A stretch of DNA of 64,000 nucleotides, from the NCBI GenBank assembly GCA_018268715.1, contig JAFDVZ010000034.1:18057-82056 (forward strand), written 5' to 3'. This document shows positions 47,301 through 56,048 of this stretch, piece after piece. The notes under the pieces were generated by a model that did not search any database, was not told the DNA's origin, and was given only the letters and a program-made list of their open reading frames with translations. Positions within the stretch are counted from its first letter, which is position 1. Each line of letters begins with the position of its first letter. The DNA is from Acidobacteriota bacterium. GTDB taxonomy: Bacteria > Acidobacteriota > Terriglobia > Bryobacterales > Bryobacteraceae. A program made the position numbers and the translations under genes.

Positions 47301-47467
47301 GTTTCGGCGGAGGCGCCGACGTAGTTGGCCGCGACCGCGATGGACGGGGGCGCGATGGGCGGGTATTGGGAGATGGGCAGGAAATAGATGGCCAGGCCGC
47401 CCAGCACCATGATGCTGATGGCGATGACCCAGGCGAAGACGGGACGGTCCAGGAAGAATCTAGACAT
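44324..47467 (-). CDS. RND multidrug efflux permease (AcrB/MexB family)
   Basis: 1047 aa. MSRFFLDRPVFAWVIAISIMVLGG and the AcrB-type 12-TM organisation with two large periplasmic loops; conserved VVVENVERVM. Confidence 0.95.
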   Translation of the reverse strand: MSRFFLDRPVFAWVIAISIMVLGGLAIYFLPISQYPPIAPPSIAVAANYVGASAETVENTVTQIIEQKMTGFDNLLYMSATSDSSGNARVELTFRPGTDPDLAWAQVQNKLQQATASLPETVQRYGLTVTKSTRNYLIIIGLYSDDGSMDGADLRDYAASNLEKVLARVPGVGEVQTFGSQYAMRVWMNPDRLTDYQMTVEDVIAAIKSYNVEVSAGQFGGAPAQPGQRLNAAIIVQNLLKTPEEFGAIPLRTNADGSVVRVRDVARTEMGTEMYDMESYYNGKPAAALAIRQVSGANALQTAKNIRAAVDQMSRYFPHGMKVVYPVDTTPFTSVAIEEVVKTLFEAIVLVFLIMWLFMGNIRATLIPTIAVPVVLLGTFGVLAAFGYSINMLTMFAMVLAIGLLVDDAIVVVENVERVMSEEGLSPREATAKSMDQITSALIGIALVLSAVFGPMAFFSGSTGVIYRQFSVTIIAAMLLSVLVALILTPVLCAQFLKPVAAGHATSENAVFFLRPFLRWFEKTFDWVRDRYVGIVGHSIAKKLRYVAVYLVIVGAVGYLFLHLNTGFLPDEDQGSLITMISLPTGSTLEQTRAVAAQVQNYYQTKEQDAVNSTMSIIGMGMGGQAQNQCMVFVRLKDWKLRERPDLTAQLVAGRAMRAFAQTRNATVFAFPPPAVVELGMATGFDAELVDFTGMGHAGLTAARNQLLGMAARDPRLVRVRPNGLEDVPQFRVDVDWDKAGALGASLSSVHDTISASFGAAYVNDFVKGGRVKRVFLQNDSPYRMLPEDLNLLYVRNQAGRMVPFSSIASTRWTAGSPRLERFNGFPSMNIQGEPAPGRSSGEAMQAMEEIVAKLPSGVRLDWNAISYQERMATSQGPILYAFSILVIFLCVAALYESWTIPFVNLLMLPLGVLGALLATTLRHMPNDVYFQIGFLTTLGLSTKNAILIIQFIQEQMRHGDPLVKATLAAVRIRFRPVMMTSLAFFFGTLPLALAHGAGAGAMKGIGTAVTGGMVSATFIDLIFIPMFFVLISQMFSRKKAEAPEVA

Positions 47468-48683
47468 TCGGACCGCCTAGATTGCCCTGGAACGGGACGG
47501 CGCGGACCGGGGCGCCCGCGCGGACCTTGTCGACGCCTTCGACGATGACGCGGTCGTCGGGGCCCAGCCCCTTGATGACAAGCCAACGGCTGCCGATGGT
47601 GCGTTCGAGGTCCAGGGCGCGGCGTTCTACTTTGCCGTCGGCACCGACTACCCAGGAGTAGGGCTGGCCCTTCGGGTCTCGGAGGACGGCCTGCATGGGA
47701 ACGAGGATGGCTTGTTCGCGCACGCCTTCTTCGACGACGGCGCGGACGAACATGCCGGGCAGCAGGATTTCGCGCGGGTTGCGGAAGACGATGCGGAGGG
47801 TGACGGCTCCGGTGGTGGAGTCGACCGTCACGTCGCGGAACTGGAGCACGCCGTCGATGGGGTAAGCGCTGCCGTCTTCAAGCAGCAGCTTCACCTTTCG
47901 CTGGTCGGCATCGCCGCGCAGGCGGCCGGTCTCCATGTTCTTGCGCAGGCGCAGGAGATCCGCGTTGGCCTGAACGACGTCGACGTAGATGGGGTCGATT
48001 TGCTGGATGACCGCGAGCGGCGTCGGCTGATAGGCGGTGGCGAGCGATCCGACGGTGATGTTCGATTTCCCAATACGGCCCTTGATGGGGGCCTTGATGG
48101 GGGTGTAGGCGAGGTTGATCTGGGCGCTTTCGAGCGCGGCGCGAGCGGCCACGATGGCGGCCTTGCGGGCTTCCACCATCGCGTTGGCCTGGTCGAGCGC
48201 GGACCGGGCGTCATCGTAATCCTGCTGGCCGATGGCGTGGATGGCGACCAGGTCGCCGTAGCGGGCGGCGCGCGACTTGAGCGAGGGGAGGTTGGCCTGG
48301 GCCGTCACCAGGTCGGCTTCGGCGGTGGCCACGCTGGCCTTGGCCTGGGCGACAGCGGCCTGATAGGGCGCGGGGTCGATGCGGTACAGCGTGGCGCCCT
48401 GCTCGACGAGGGTCCCTTCCTGGAAGAGGCGGTTCTGAACGATGCCGTTGACCTGGGGCCGGATTTCGGCGGTGAGGTAGGCGGTGGTGCGGCCGGGCAA
48501 CTGGGTGGTCAGCACCAGGCGTTCGGGCTGCAGGGCGACGACGGCAACTTCCGTGGGGCCGGGGGGCGGGCCGCCGGAAGCTGGGGCGGCCGCTTTCGAT
48601 CCGCACGCGGATTGGAGCATCGCGGCGGCCAACAGGGCGGCCACGCCGGCGGGCCATTTCGGAAATCTCATGACGGGGTTCAA
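47460..48683 (-). CDS. RND efflux periplasmic adaptor (membrane fusion protein, AcrA/MexA family)
   Basis: 407 aa. Signal or lipoprotein-like N-terminus, coiled-coil hairpin (AQAKASVATAEADLVTAQANL..) and beta-barrel/MP domains. Overlaps the RND gene by 8 nt. Confidence 0.9.
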   Translation of the reverse strand: MNPVMRFPKWPAGVAALLAAAMLQSACGSKAAAPASGGPPPGPTEVAVVALQPERLVLTTQLPGRTTAYLTAEIRPQVNGIVQNRLFQEGTLVEQGATLYRIDPAPYQAAVAQAKASVATAEADLVTAQANLPSLKSRAARYGDLVAIHAIGQQDYDDARSALDQANAMVEARKAAIVAARAALESAQINLAYTPIKAPIKGRIGKSNITVGSLATAYQPTPLAVIQQIDPIYVDVVQANADLLRLRKNMETGRLRGDADQRKVKLLLEDGSAYPIDGVLQFRDVTVDSTTGAVTLRIVFRNPREILLPGMFVRAVVEEGVREQAILVPMQAVLRDPKGQPYSWVVGADGKVERRALDLERTIGSRWLVIKGLGPDDRVIVEGVDKVRAGAPVRAVPFQGNLGGPNV

Positions 48684-48950
48684 TTCTTTCTACCTCGCTT
48701 ATTCAGGGCCTTCGGCGGAGGGCCGGCGGGTCCGCGAATCCCGCGCGATGTCGTTGATCACACGGGGCGCACGCTCCCCCCTCGGATAGGGTGGATGGAT
48801 CGCGGAACCTCGGTAGCGCATTCCAGTACTAATGAGTGCGTGGGGGCGGTGCTTCTTCGCTGGCAACTGCTTTCATCATACAACTATTGCACTACGCACT
48901 CACATGGATCGTGTCGTCCGGAGCAGCCGGGCAATTCAGGCCTGTTTTCA

Positions 48951-48986
48951 TTGACCGTCCACTGAAATCATTGCATTATGGAATAA
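48951..48986 (+). promoter_or_regulatory. Sigma70-like promoter giving a probably leaderless MarR transcript, overlapped by an imperfect palindrome
   Basis: TTGACC (48951-48956), 17 nt, CATTAT (48974-48979), then 7 nt to the ATG at 48987 with no SD. The 12/15 palindrome ATTGCATTATGGAAT (48970-48984) covers the -10 box. Confidence 0.5.
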
Positions 48987-49421
48987 ATGTCCACCGATGA
49001 CCGGCAGGCCTGCCGATTGCGGACGCTGTTGGCGAAGCTGGTGAGACCGCCCGATGAACATGCCCTGCCGGATCTTGAGTTATCGATCCGGGAGATCCGG
49101 CTGCTGCGCGCGCTGGGCGAAGTGGGCGAGATGACGATGACGGACCTGGCTGCGGTGATCCGGACTCCGTTGAGCACGGTGACCCGGATGGTGGACCGGA
49201 TGGAGGCCAAGGAACTGACCGAACGTGTACGGTCGGAGGCGGACCGGCGGAGCGTATTGGTGCGCATGGGGGCGAAGGGGCGGGAGTTGGACGCGATTTT
49301 CGACCAGCATCGACGGGAGCTGGCCGGGCGTATGCTGGAGCCCTTGACGCCGGGGGAACGCGAGATCCTGCTGGAACTGATGGCGAAGATGGTGGATGCG
49401 ATGGCCGCCCGGGACGCCTAG
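48987..49421 (+). CDS. MarR-family transcriptional regulator
   Basis: 144 aa. Winged helix LSIREIRLLRALGEVGEMTMTDLAAVIRTPLSTVTRMVDRMEAKELTERVRSEADRRSVLV. Divergent from the RND operon. Confidence 0.85.
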   Translation: MSTDDRQACRLRTLLAKLVRPPDEHALPDLELSIREIRLLRALGEVGEMTMTDLAAVIRTPLSTVTRMVDRMEAKELTERVRSEADRRSVLVRMGAKGRELDAIFDQHRRELAGRMLEPLTPGEREILLELMAKMVDAMAARDA

Positions 49422-49469
49422 CCGCTTCTTGACGGAAGTCGCGCCCCGGGACCAACCGGACCCACCGGA

Positions 49470-50759
49470 CTAGGCGAACGCCCGGGCTTTCGTGGTTTTA
49501 CGAGCCGGACGCTGCCGCAGGCTACCGGCGGGACGGTCGTGGCGGGGCTTGGGCCGCTCAAACAGCGTCGGTTTCGGAGCCGCCGCCGACCGGGTTTTCG
49601 CGGGGTGCGGCGTCAGCTTCTCTTCGCGCGGCAGTTCGGACAGCGCCACTTCGCGGGGCGTCAGGCGCACCTTCATGGCCGCTTCGATCTTGCGTACGTC
49701 GCCACGCTCGCCGCGCGTCGCGAAGGTGGACGCGGTGCCACGCGCTCCGGCGCGTCCGGTGCGGCCGACGCGGTGGATGAAGTCCTCGGGAACCTGCGGA
49801 AGGTCGTAGTTGACGACGTGCGCGATGTCGTTGACGTGGATGCCTCGGGCCGCTACGTCGGTGGCCACCAGGATCCGGTAGTCGCCGTTCTTGAAGCCGG
49901 CCAGGGCCTGGTTGCGCTGCCCCTGCGTGCGGTCTCCGTGGATGCGGGCGGCGTCGAAGCCGGAGGCGTTCAGGCGCTTGGCCAGGCGGTCGGTGCCGTG
50001 CTTGGTGCGTGCGAACACCAGGAACGAGCCGTGCTCCCGCCGTAGCAGGAGTTCCAGCAGGCCGAGCTTGCGGTCCTGCTCCACCTCATAGACGTGGAGA
50101 TCGATGGCGTCCATCGGCTTGGTGACGGCGCCGATGGCGACGCGCACCGGATTGTTCACGTATGTGCTGATCAGGTGGGCGACGGACTTTTCGATGGTGG
50201 CCGAAAACAGCAGAGTCTGCCGCTTGGCGGGCACATTCTTGACGATGCGCTGGAGGGCGGGCAGGAAGCCCATGTCGAGCATGCGGTCCGCTTCGTCCAG
50301 CACCACGGCGCGAACGTTGCTCAGGTCGATCAGTTTGCGATCGAGGAAGTCGCACAGGCGGCCAGGCGTGGCGATAACGATCTGCGCGCCGCGGCGGAGA
50401 TTCCGCAGTTGGGTATTCTCGTTCATCCCGCCCACTACCACCGCCGTCTGAAGATTCAGCCCTTCGGTCAACGTCAGCGCGGTTTCCTGGATCTGCAACG
50501 CCAGTTCGCGGGTGGGGGCGAGGATGAGGGCGTGAACGCCCGGAGCGGGTTTGCCTCCCCGCTGGTTCAGAGATTCGATGACTGGCAACAGGAACGCCAG
50601 TGTCTTGCCGGTGCCCGTTTGGGCCGTGGCCACGACATCCCGCCCGGCGAGCGCCGGCGGAATGGATTCTCGCTGCACGGGGGTCGGTTCGACAAAACCA
50701 TGTCGGGCGAGGCAGCCCTGCAGCATTCCGCAGAGCGGTAGTTCATTGAAGTTATTCAT
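49470..50759 (-). CDS. DEAD-box ATP-dependent RNA helicase (RhlE-like)
   Basis: 429 aa. Q-motif/PTPVQ, AQTGTGKT, PTRELA, DEAD (VLDEADRM), SAT, HRVGRTGRAG, and a basic C-terminal tail. Confidence 0.9.
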   Translation of the reverse strand: MNNFNELPLCGMLQGCLARHGFVEPTPVQRESIPPALAGRDVVATAQTGTGKTLAFLLPVIESLNQRGGKPAPGVHALILAPTRELALQIQETALTLTEGLNLQTAVVVGGMNENTQLRNLRRGAQIVIATPGRLCDFLDRKLIDLSNVRAVVLDEADRMLDMGFLPALQRIVKNVPAKRQTLLFSATIEKSVAHLISTYVNNPVRVAIGAVTKPMDAIDLHVYEVEQDRKLGLLELLLRREHGSFLVFARTKHGTDRLAKRLNASGFDAARIHGDRTQGQRNQALAGFKNGDYRILVATDVAARGIHVNDIAHVVNYDLPQVPEDFIHRVGRTGRAGARGTASTFATRGERGDVRKIEAAMKVRLTPREVALSELPREEKLTPHPAKTRSAAAPKPTLFERPKPRHDRPAGSLRQRPARKTTKARAFA

Positions 50760-50914
50760 TCAGGAAGTTAGTGTTGGGAAACAGGCAAACCGGCGCAGCG
50801 TGGGAGACTTCGTGGCTTACCTGATCATTGTAGCACACGTTTGCTGAGTCGCGATTGCAGGATGCTGCGGGCGCTTCGCCGACTCGTCAACCGTGAGCGC
50901 GAACCGTGAACCGC

Positions 50915-50966
50915 ACCAAACGAGGAAACGACAAGGCCGCCGGACTCGGGTGAGTCTCGGCGGCCT
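50915..50966 (-). terminator. Putative intrinsic terminator after rplQ
   Basis: On the mRNA strand: AGGCCGCCGAGACTC-accc-GAGTCCGGCGGCCT (14-bp stem with a one-nucleotide bulge) followed by UGUCGUUUCCUCGUUUGG. It starts about 30 nt after the rplQ stop. Confidence 0.6.
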
Positions 50967-50995
50967 GTGAATGAATGATGGTGACTGGAGGGGAG

Positions 50996-51448
50996 TTACT
51001 CTTCCCCGCCCTCTTCGCCTTCGCGGCCTTCGCGCATCGCCTTCAGGCGCTCTTCCTTGCGCTTGGCGCGCTCCGCGGCTCGCTTCACGAGCTCGGAACC
51101 CACCAGTTCCAGAATCGCCTGTTCGGCGCCGTCGCCCTGCCGCCATGCAAGCCGCGTGACTCGCGTGTAGCCGCCCTGGCGCTGGCCGAAACGCGCGCCC
51201 AGCTTGTCGAACAGCTTCTGCACCGCCTTGGGCGTCATCAGGAATGCCGCCGCCTGACGGCGGGCGTGCAGCGTGTCGCGCTTGGCGAGCGTGATCATCT
51301 TGTCCACCAAGGGCTTGGCCGCCTTCGCCTTCGGAACCGTGGTCACGATGCGCTCACTTTCGATCACGCTCGTCACCAGGTTACGGAGCAGCGCCCGGCG
51401 GTCGCTTACGTCCCGCTTTAACTTATATCCTGCTACCTTGTGTCTCAT
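50996..51448 (-). CDS. rplQ: 50S ribosomal protein L17 (with acidic/basic C-terminal extension)
   Basis: [53 protein letters not shown]. Synteny after rpoA. Confidence 0.93.
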   Translation of the reverse strand: MRHKVAGYKLKRDVSDRRALLRNLVTSVIESERIVTTVPKAKAAKPLVDKMITLAKRDTLHARRQAAAFLMTPKAVQKLFDKLGARFGQRQGGYTRVTRLAWRQGDGAEQAILELVGSELVKRAAERAKRKEERLKAMREGREGEEGGEE

Positions 51449-51454
51449 TGGCGT

Positions 51455-52498
51455 TTACTCCGTTGCTCCGAATTCGCTCTCACCTTCCAACTCGCTGGGG
51501 GCCGGGGCCACCGGCGAACCCGACGGCGAGATCAGCCGTCCCTGCGAATCGAACTTCATGCCGAAACTCAGCCCGAGGTTCGACAGGATCTCCTTGATTT
51601 CGTTCAACGACTTGCGGCCGAAGTTCTTGGTCCGCAACATCTCCGCTTCGGTCTTCTGCACCAGATCGCCGATGGTCTGAATATTGGCGTTCTTCAGGCA
51701 GTTGTAGGAACGCACGCTCAGTTCGAGCTCTTCCACCGAGCGGTTCAGAACCTCGTTCATCTGGTTCAGGGCGCGCTCGGCCGGCTCTTCGGCGGCTTCC
51801 GGCAACTCTTCGAAGTTGATGAAGATGCTCATGTGGTCCTTGAGCAGCTTCGCCGCCTGGCCGATGGCGTCCTGCGGGCTGATGGCGCCGTTGGTCCAGA
51901 CTTCGATGGTCAGCTTGTCGTAATCGGTCATCTGGCCGAGACGAGCCGCTTCCACCGAGTAGTTCACCTTGCGCACGGGCGAGTGGACCGAGTCGATCGG
52001 GATGTAGCCGAGCGGGAGGTCCTCGTCGAAGTTACGGTCGGCCGAAACGTAGCCGCGGCCGGACTTCAGACGCACTTCGATGTTCAGTTTGCCGCCTTCG
52101 CTCACCGTCGCGATGTGCATCGTGCGGTCGAGGACTTCCACGTCGTGGTCGGTCTCGATCTGGCTCGACAGCACCTGGCCGGGAGCCTCGACACGGATGC
52201 GGGCGGTGCGCATGCCTTCGCCCATCATCTTGAACGGAACCTGCTTGAGATTGAGGATGATGTCGGTCGCATCCTCGACGACGCCCGGAATCGGGCTGAA
52301 TTCGTGCGCTACACCCTCGATCCGGACGGCGGTGATGGCCGCGCCCTCAATCGAGCTCAGCAGCACGCGCCGCAGACCGTTGCCGATCGTGGATCCGAAT
52401 CCACGCTCGAAGGGCTGGGCCGTAAACATGCCATACCGATCCGTCAGGGTTTCGGTGTTGGCGACCAGTCGCTTTGGCTTTTGGAACCCTTTGAACAT
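51455..52498 (-). CDS. rpoA: DNA-directed RNA polymerase alpha subunit
   Basis: [26 protein letters not shown] and the C-terminal domain [22 protein letters not shown]. The ATG at 52498 ([12 protein letters not shown]) is preceded by GGAG and matches RpoA N-terminal length. The track start 52519 lies inside the repeat element. Confidence 0.93.
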   Translation of the reverse strand: MFKGFQKPKRLVANTETLTDRYGMFTAQPFERGFGSTIGNGLRRVLLSSIEGAAITAVRIEGVAHEFSPIPGVVEDATDIILNLKQVPFKMMGEGMRTARIRVEAPGQVLSSQIETDHDVEVLDRTMHIATVSEGGKLNIEVRLKSGRGYVSADRNFDEDLPLGYIPIDSVHSPVRKVNYSVEAARLGQMTDYDKLTIEVWTNGAISPQDAIGQAAKLLKDHMSIFINFEELPEAAEEPAERALNQMNEVLNRSVEELELSVRSYNCLKNANIQTIGDLVQKTEAEMLRTKNFGRKSLNEIKEILSNLGLSFGMKFDSQGRLISPSGSPVAPAPSELEGESEFGATE

Positions 52499-52504
52499 AT
52501 GTTC

Positions 52505-52562
52505 TCCAGTGGTCAGCAACCGGTGGTCAGTGGTCAGTTATGCCGCTATCCACCGGCCACAA
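52505..52562. repeat. Inverted heptad (GTGGYCR)n element, copy a (rpsD|rpoA spacer)
   Basis: + strand: CAGTGGTCAGCAACCGGTGGTCAGTGGTCAG..CCACCGGCCAC. On the mRNA the GACCACU arm abuts the rpoA SD (GACCACUGGAGAACAUAUG). Confidence 0.65.
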
Positions 52563-52566
52563 ACCC

Positions 52567-53199
52567 CTACTTGCTGTACAGTTCGACGATCAGCTGTTCG
52601 TTCAGCTGGATCTGAACCAGATCCTCGCGCTTGGGCTGGCCGAGCACCTTGGCCTTGAGCCCTTCACGATCCACTTCGAGCCAATTCGGACTGGGAGCGT
52701 GCGCGGTGGCGTCGCGGGCGCCGAGGATGGTCGGGTTATTCCGGCTCTTCTCGCGGACTTCGACGATGTCTCCGGGCTTCACTACGTAGGACGGGATATT
52801 GACCTTGCGGCCGTTCACCTGGATATGTCCGTGACGGACGATCTGGCGGGACTGCGGGCGGGAGGTGCCGAAGCCCATGCGATAGATCACGTTGTCCAGG
52901 CGGCGCTCCAGCATGTTCAGCATGTTGTCGCCGGTGATGCCCTTCTGGGCGGAGGCCTTCTCGTACAGGTTGCGGAACTGCTGTTCGAGAATGCCGTAGT
53001 AGCGGCGCGCTTTCTGCTTTTCGCGGAGCTGCAGACCATAGCCGACGATCTTCGGCTTGCGATCCTTGCCGTGCTGTCCGGGCGGGAAGTTGCGCTTTTC
53101 GATGGCGCACTTTTCGGTGTGGCACCGTTCGCCCTTGAGGAAGAGCTTCATTCCTTCGCGCCGGCACTGGCGGCAGGAAGGTCCGTTGTATCTTGCCAT
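52567..53199 (-). CDS. rpsD: 30S ribosomal protein S4
   Basis: [43 protein letters not shown]4 domain [11 protein letters not shown]. Confidence 0.95.
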   Translation of the reverse strand: MARYNGPSCRQCRREGMKLFLKGERCHTEKCAIEKRNFPPGQHGKDRKPKIVGYGLQLREKQKARRYYGILEQQFRNLYEKASAQKGITGDNMLNMLERRLDNVIYRMGFGTSRPQSRQIVRHGHIQVNGRKVNIPSYVVKPGDIVEVREKSRNNPTILGARDATAHAPSPNWLEVDREGLKAKVLGQPKREDLVQIQLNEQLIVELYSK

Positions 53200-53268
53200 G
53201 CTTTGTTAGGTGACCTTTCTCGTTTCAGGTGCAGTTTACGGCCGCATGCGGCCTTCCTCCTGCTTACT

Positions 53269-53343
53269 CAGTGATCAGTGGTCAGTGGCCGGTGGTCAGC
53301 TCCGCTCTAGGCGCTGACCACTGGCCACCGGCCACCGACCACC
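53269..53343. repeat. Inverted heptad (GTGGYCR)n element, copy b (rpsK|rpsD spacer)
   Basis: GTGATCAGTGGTCAGTGGCCGGTGGTCAGC (53271-53300), a 12-nt loop, then GCTGACCACTGGCCACCGGCCACCGACCAC (53313-53342). By hand that is 25 Watson-Crick pairs, 2 G-T and 3 A-C out of 30. Confidence 0.7.
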
Positions 53344-53348
53344 AAAAA

Positions 53349-53756
53349 TCAGACGCGGCGGCGCTTGGGGGGGCGGCAACCGTTGTGCGGAATGGGAGTG
53401 GTGTCCTTGATGCCCCGCACTTCGATGCCCGCCGTCGACAGCGCGCGGACGGCCGACTCGCGGCCCGCGCCCGGTCCACTGACGCGCACTTCCACAACCC
53501 GAAGCCCGTATTCCTTGGCCTTGTTGGCCGCCGTCAGCGACGCCTGCTGGGCGGCGAACGGAGTGCCCTTGCGGGAACCGCGGAATCCGAGCGAACCGGA
53601 ACTCGACCATGCGAGCACGTTCCCAACCTGATCGGTAAACGTCACGATCGTGTTGTTGAACGAAGCCTGCACGTGCACGACCCCGGCCGGGACGACTTTC
53701 TTTTCCTTCTTTTTGAAGGACTTCTTCTTGGTGCTCTTTGCCGGTGCTTTCGCCAT
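53349..53756 (-). CDS. rpsK: 30S ribosomal protein S11
   Basis: [64 protein letters not shown]. Confidence 0.95.
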   Translation of the reverse strand: MAKAPAKSTKKKSFKKKEKKVVPAGVVHVQASFNNTIVTFTDQVGNVLAWSSSGSLGFRGSRKGTPFAAQQASLTAANKAKEYGLRVVEVRVSGPGAGRESAVRALSTAGIEVRGIKDTTPIPHNGCRPPKRRRV

Positions 53757-53778
53757 TTATCGTTCTTAACCTGACTGA

Positions 53779-54165
53779 CTACGTCTTCGACGTGGCCTTC
53801 TTCTTGTTCGCCACCGTGCCGCGGCGCGGACCCTTGCGGGTGCGGGCGTTGGTGTGCGTGCGCTGGCCGTGGACCGGGAGGCCACGGCGGTGGCGCAGGC
53901 CACGATAGGAGCCCATCTCAATGAGCCGCTTCACGTTGAGCGAGGTCTCCTTGCGGAGGTCGCCCTCGACGGCGCCTTCTTCCTCGAGGATGTTACGGAC
54001 GCGATTGGTTTCCTCTTCGGTGAGGTCCGCAACCTTCTTCTCGGGATCGATGCCGGCCCGGTGGCACAGCGACAACGCCCGGGTGCGGCCAATGCCGTAA
54101 ATGTACGTCAGGCCGATCGCGGCCCGCTTCTTGTTCGGTAAATCAACGCCTGCAATACGCGCCAT
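53779..54165 (-). CDS. rpsM: 30S ribosomal protein S13
   Basis: [56 protein letters not shown]. Confidence 0.95.
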   Translation of the reverse strand: MARIAGVDLPNKKRAAIGLTYIYGIGRTRALSLCHRAGIDPEKKVADLTEEETNRVRNILEEEGAVEGDLRKETSLNVKRLIEMGSYRGLRHRRGLPVHGQRTHTNARTRKGPRRGTVANKKKATSKT

Positions 54166-54217
54166 CTATAGCTTTCTCCCGCTTAAACCTGAACCGTGTG
54201 AGCCTGCCTCACCCGTC

Positions 54218-54331
54218 TTATCCCTGACGCTGCTTGTGCTTGGGGTTCACGCAGATCACACGGACCACGCCGTGGCGGTGGATCAGCTTGCACTTATCGC
54301 ACATTTTCTTAACTGACGCCCGTACTTTCAT
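54218..54331 (-). CDS. rpmJ: 50S ribosomal protein L36
   Basis: [37 protein letters not shown] (37 aa). Its ATG overlaps the infA TGA (ATGA). Confidence 0.93.
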   Translation of the reverse strand: MKVRASVKKMCDKCKLIHRHGVVRVICVNPKHKQRQG

Positions 54332-54546
54332 AGTTCCTTGTTCACGACCTCGACGATCCTGCCGCGGCCCGGATCGTGGGGGGATATCGCAACCCGCACC
54401 CGATCGCCGGGACGCAACCGCATGAAATTCGCTGCCGACGGGCTCGCCGCATGGGCCAGCACCCGATCGTTGTTCTCCAGACGGACCCGCCAAGCCGCCT
54501 GCGGCATCTGCTCGACCACGATGGCGACCACGGTCCGTTCGTCCAC
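54328..54546 (-). CDS. infA: Translation initiation factor IF-1 (divergent)
   Basis: 72 aa, GTG start. S1-like fold pattern ..[17 protein letters not shown]....[25 protein letters not shown]. Canonical position between map and rpmJ. Confidence 0.8.
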   Translation of the reverse strand: MDERTVVAIVVEQMPQAAWRVRLENNDRVLAHAASPSAANFMRLRPGDRVRVAISPHDPGRGRIVEVVNKEL

Positions 54547-54555
54547 TTCAAACCC

Positions 54556-55326
54556 TCAAGGCCGGGTCAAGACCCAGCACCCATCCGCCGTCACGGCCAC
54601 CGAATGCTCAAAGTGGGCCGACGGCTTTCCATCCACGGTCACGGCCGTCCACTTATTCGACTGCATCCGCATGTCGGCCTTGCCCATGTTCACCATCGGC
54701 TCGATGGCCAGGACCATGCCTTCCTTCAACCGCGGATTTTCGTTTCGGCGATCCACGTAGTTAGGGACCTGCGGCTCCTCGTGCAGCTTGGTGCCGATGC
54801 CGTGCCCAACCATCTCGCGAACCACCGAAAAGCCGTTGGACACCACGTGGCGCTCCACGGCTCCGCAAACATCGAACAACCGGTTGCCGGGCTTGACCTG
54901 CTTGATCGCCAACTCCAGGCTCTCGCGCGTCACATCCAGCAACTTCTGAACCTGCGGCGGGATCTCGCCGACCGGCACCGTAATGGCCGAGTCCCCAAAA
55001 TACCCGTTGATCGAAACGCCCGTGTCGATGCTGACTACGTCACTCTTCTTCAACAGCCGCTTGGCCGACGGCATGCCATGGACGATCTCGTCATTCACCG
55101 ACGTACACAGAACGAAGGGATATTTCGAACCCGCGCTCTGCGTGTAATAGCCCTTGAAGGCCGGAATCGCTCCCGCATCCTTCATCATCTTCTCGGCCTC
55201 GACTTCGAGATCCAGGGTCGAAACCCCTTCCTGAACCATCGAGCGCAGCCGGTTCAAAATCTCCCACACCACCAAGCCGCTGCGGCGCATCTTTTCCAGT
55301 TCCGCCGCGGTCTTTCGAATGATCAT
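54556..55326 (-). CDS. map: Type I methionine aminopeptidase
   Basis: 256 aa. VCTSVNDEIVHG, VVSIDTGVSINGYFGD, GHGIG, LAIEPM and FEHSVAVT metal-ligand motifs. Confidence 0.95.
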   Translation of the reverse strand: MIIRKTAAELEKMRRSGLVVWEILNRLRSMVQEGVSTLDLEVEAEKMMKDAGAIPAFKGYYTQSAGSKYPFVLCTSVNDEIVHGMPSAKRLLKKSDVVSIDTGVSINGYFGDSAITVPVGEIPPQVQKLLDVTRESLELAIKQVKPGNRLFDVCGAVERHVVSNGFSVVREMVGHGIGTKLHEEPQVPNYVDRRNENPRLKEGMVLAIEPMVNMGKADMRMQSNKWTAVTVDGKPSAHFEHSVAVTADGCWVLTRP

Positions 55327-56015
55327 TCCGACGCCATCCCCTTGGAGGCCTGCGAGCCCGGTTGGGGCAGCACAGCTTCAATCCGCCCGGCTATGGCCTG
55401 CGGCGAACCTTCGCTCGCCTCGACGCCATGGAACGGATATCCGCTCTTACGGAAGTAGTCAAGCAGAGGCAACGTCTGCCGGTCATACGCTTCCAGGCGC
55501 TCGCGGATCACCTCTTCACGGTCATCGTCACGAATCACCAGCGTCGCCCCGTCGTAGTCGCACACCATCGAAATCTCCGGAGCGTTGGAAGCCAGGCTGT
55601 AAAGGGCGCCACAAACAGGGCACAGCCTCCGGCCTGCAAGGCGAGCAACAATCCTATTGTAATCTACTTCCAGGTACACCACCACTGGGGTGAACCCCTT
55701 GGCGGCCAGCAACTTCTCGAGCATCCCCGCCTGCGGTATGGTGCGGGGGTAGCCGTCCAGGATAAAACCGCGTCCGCAATCCGGCTCGGCGATGCGAACT
55801 TCCACCAGCCGGTTCACCATCTCATCGGGAACCAACTTGCCCGACTGCATCATCTCGCCGATCTGAACGCCGAGATCGGTCCGCCTGGCGACGTGGTCCC
55901 GGAGCATATCGCCGGTCGAGATGTGCGGCCACGCCATGCGCTGCCGAAGCAGTTTCGCTTGCGTCCCCTTACCCGAACCCGGCGGTCCGAACAGTATCAG
56001 GCAAAATCTATTCAT
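55323..56015 (-). CDS. adk: Adenylate kinase
   Basis: LILFGPPGSGKGTQAKLL, ISTGDMLR, FILDGYPRT, and a LID with CPVCG...CDYDG. Confidence 0.95.
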   Translation of the reverse strand: MNRFCLILFGPPGSGKGTQAKLLRQRMAWPHISTGDMLRDHVARRTDLGVQIGEMMQSGKLVPDEMVNRLVEVRIAEPDCGRGFILDGYPRTIPQAGMLEKLLAAKGFTPVVVYLEVDYNRIVARLAGRRLCPVCGALYSLASNAPEISMVCDYDGATLVIRDDDREEVIRERLEAYDRQTLPLLDYFRKSGYPFHGVEASEGSPQAIAGRIEAVLPQPGSQASKGMASE

Positions 56016-56048
56016 TTACAGGCGGCGTGCGTGGCCGCCGGGCGCCTT

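Noticed and set aside
45377-47548. 723-aa + ORF antisense to the RND permease. Similar long shadows occur at 55362-57233 (+), 61217-62971 (+), 17833-19602 (-), 24048-25247 (-), 12651-13901 (-) and 22605-23750 (-).
   Set aside because: Every one lies opposite a gene with strong family signatures (AcrB, SecY/adk, ribosomal proteins, MCP, kinase, aminopeptidase) and has low-complexity R/G/A/D/H composition. These are high-GC antisense artefacts.
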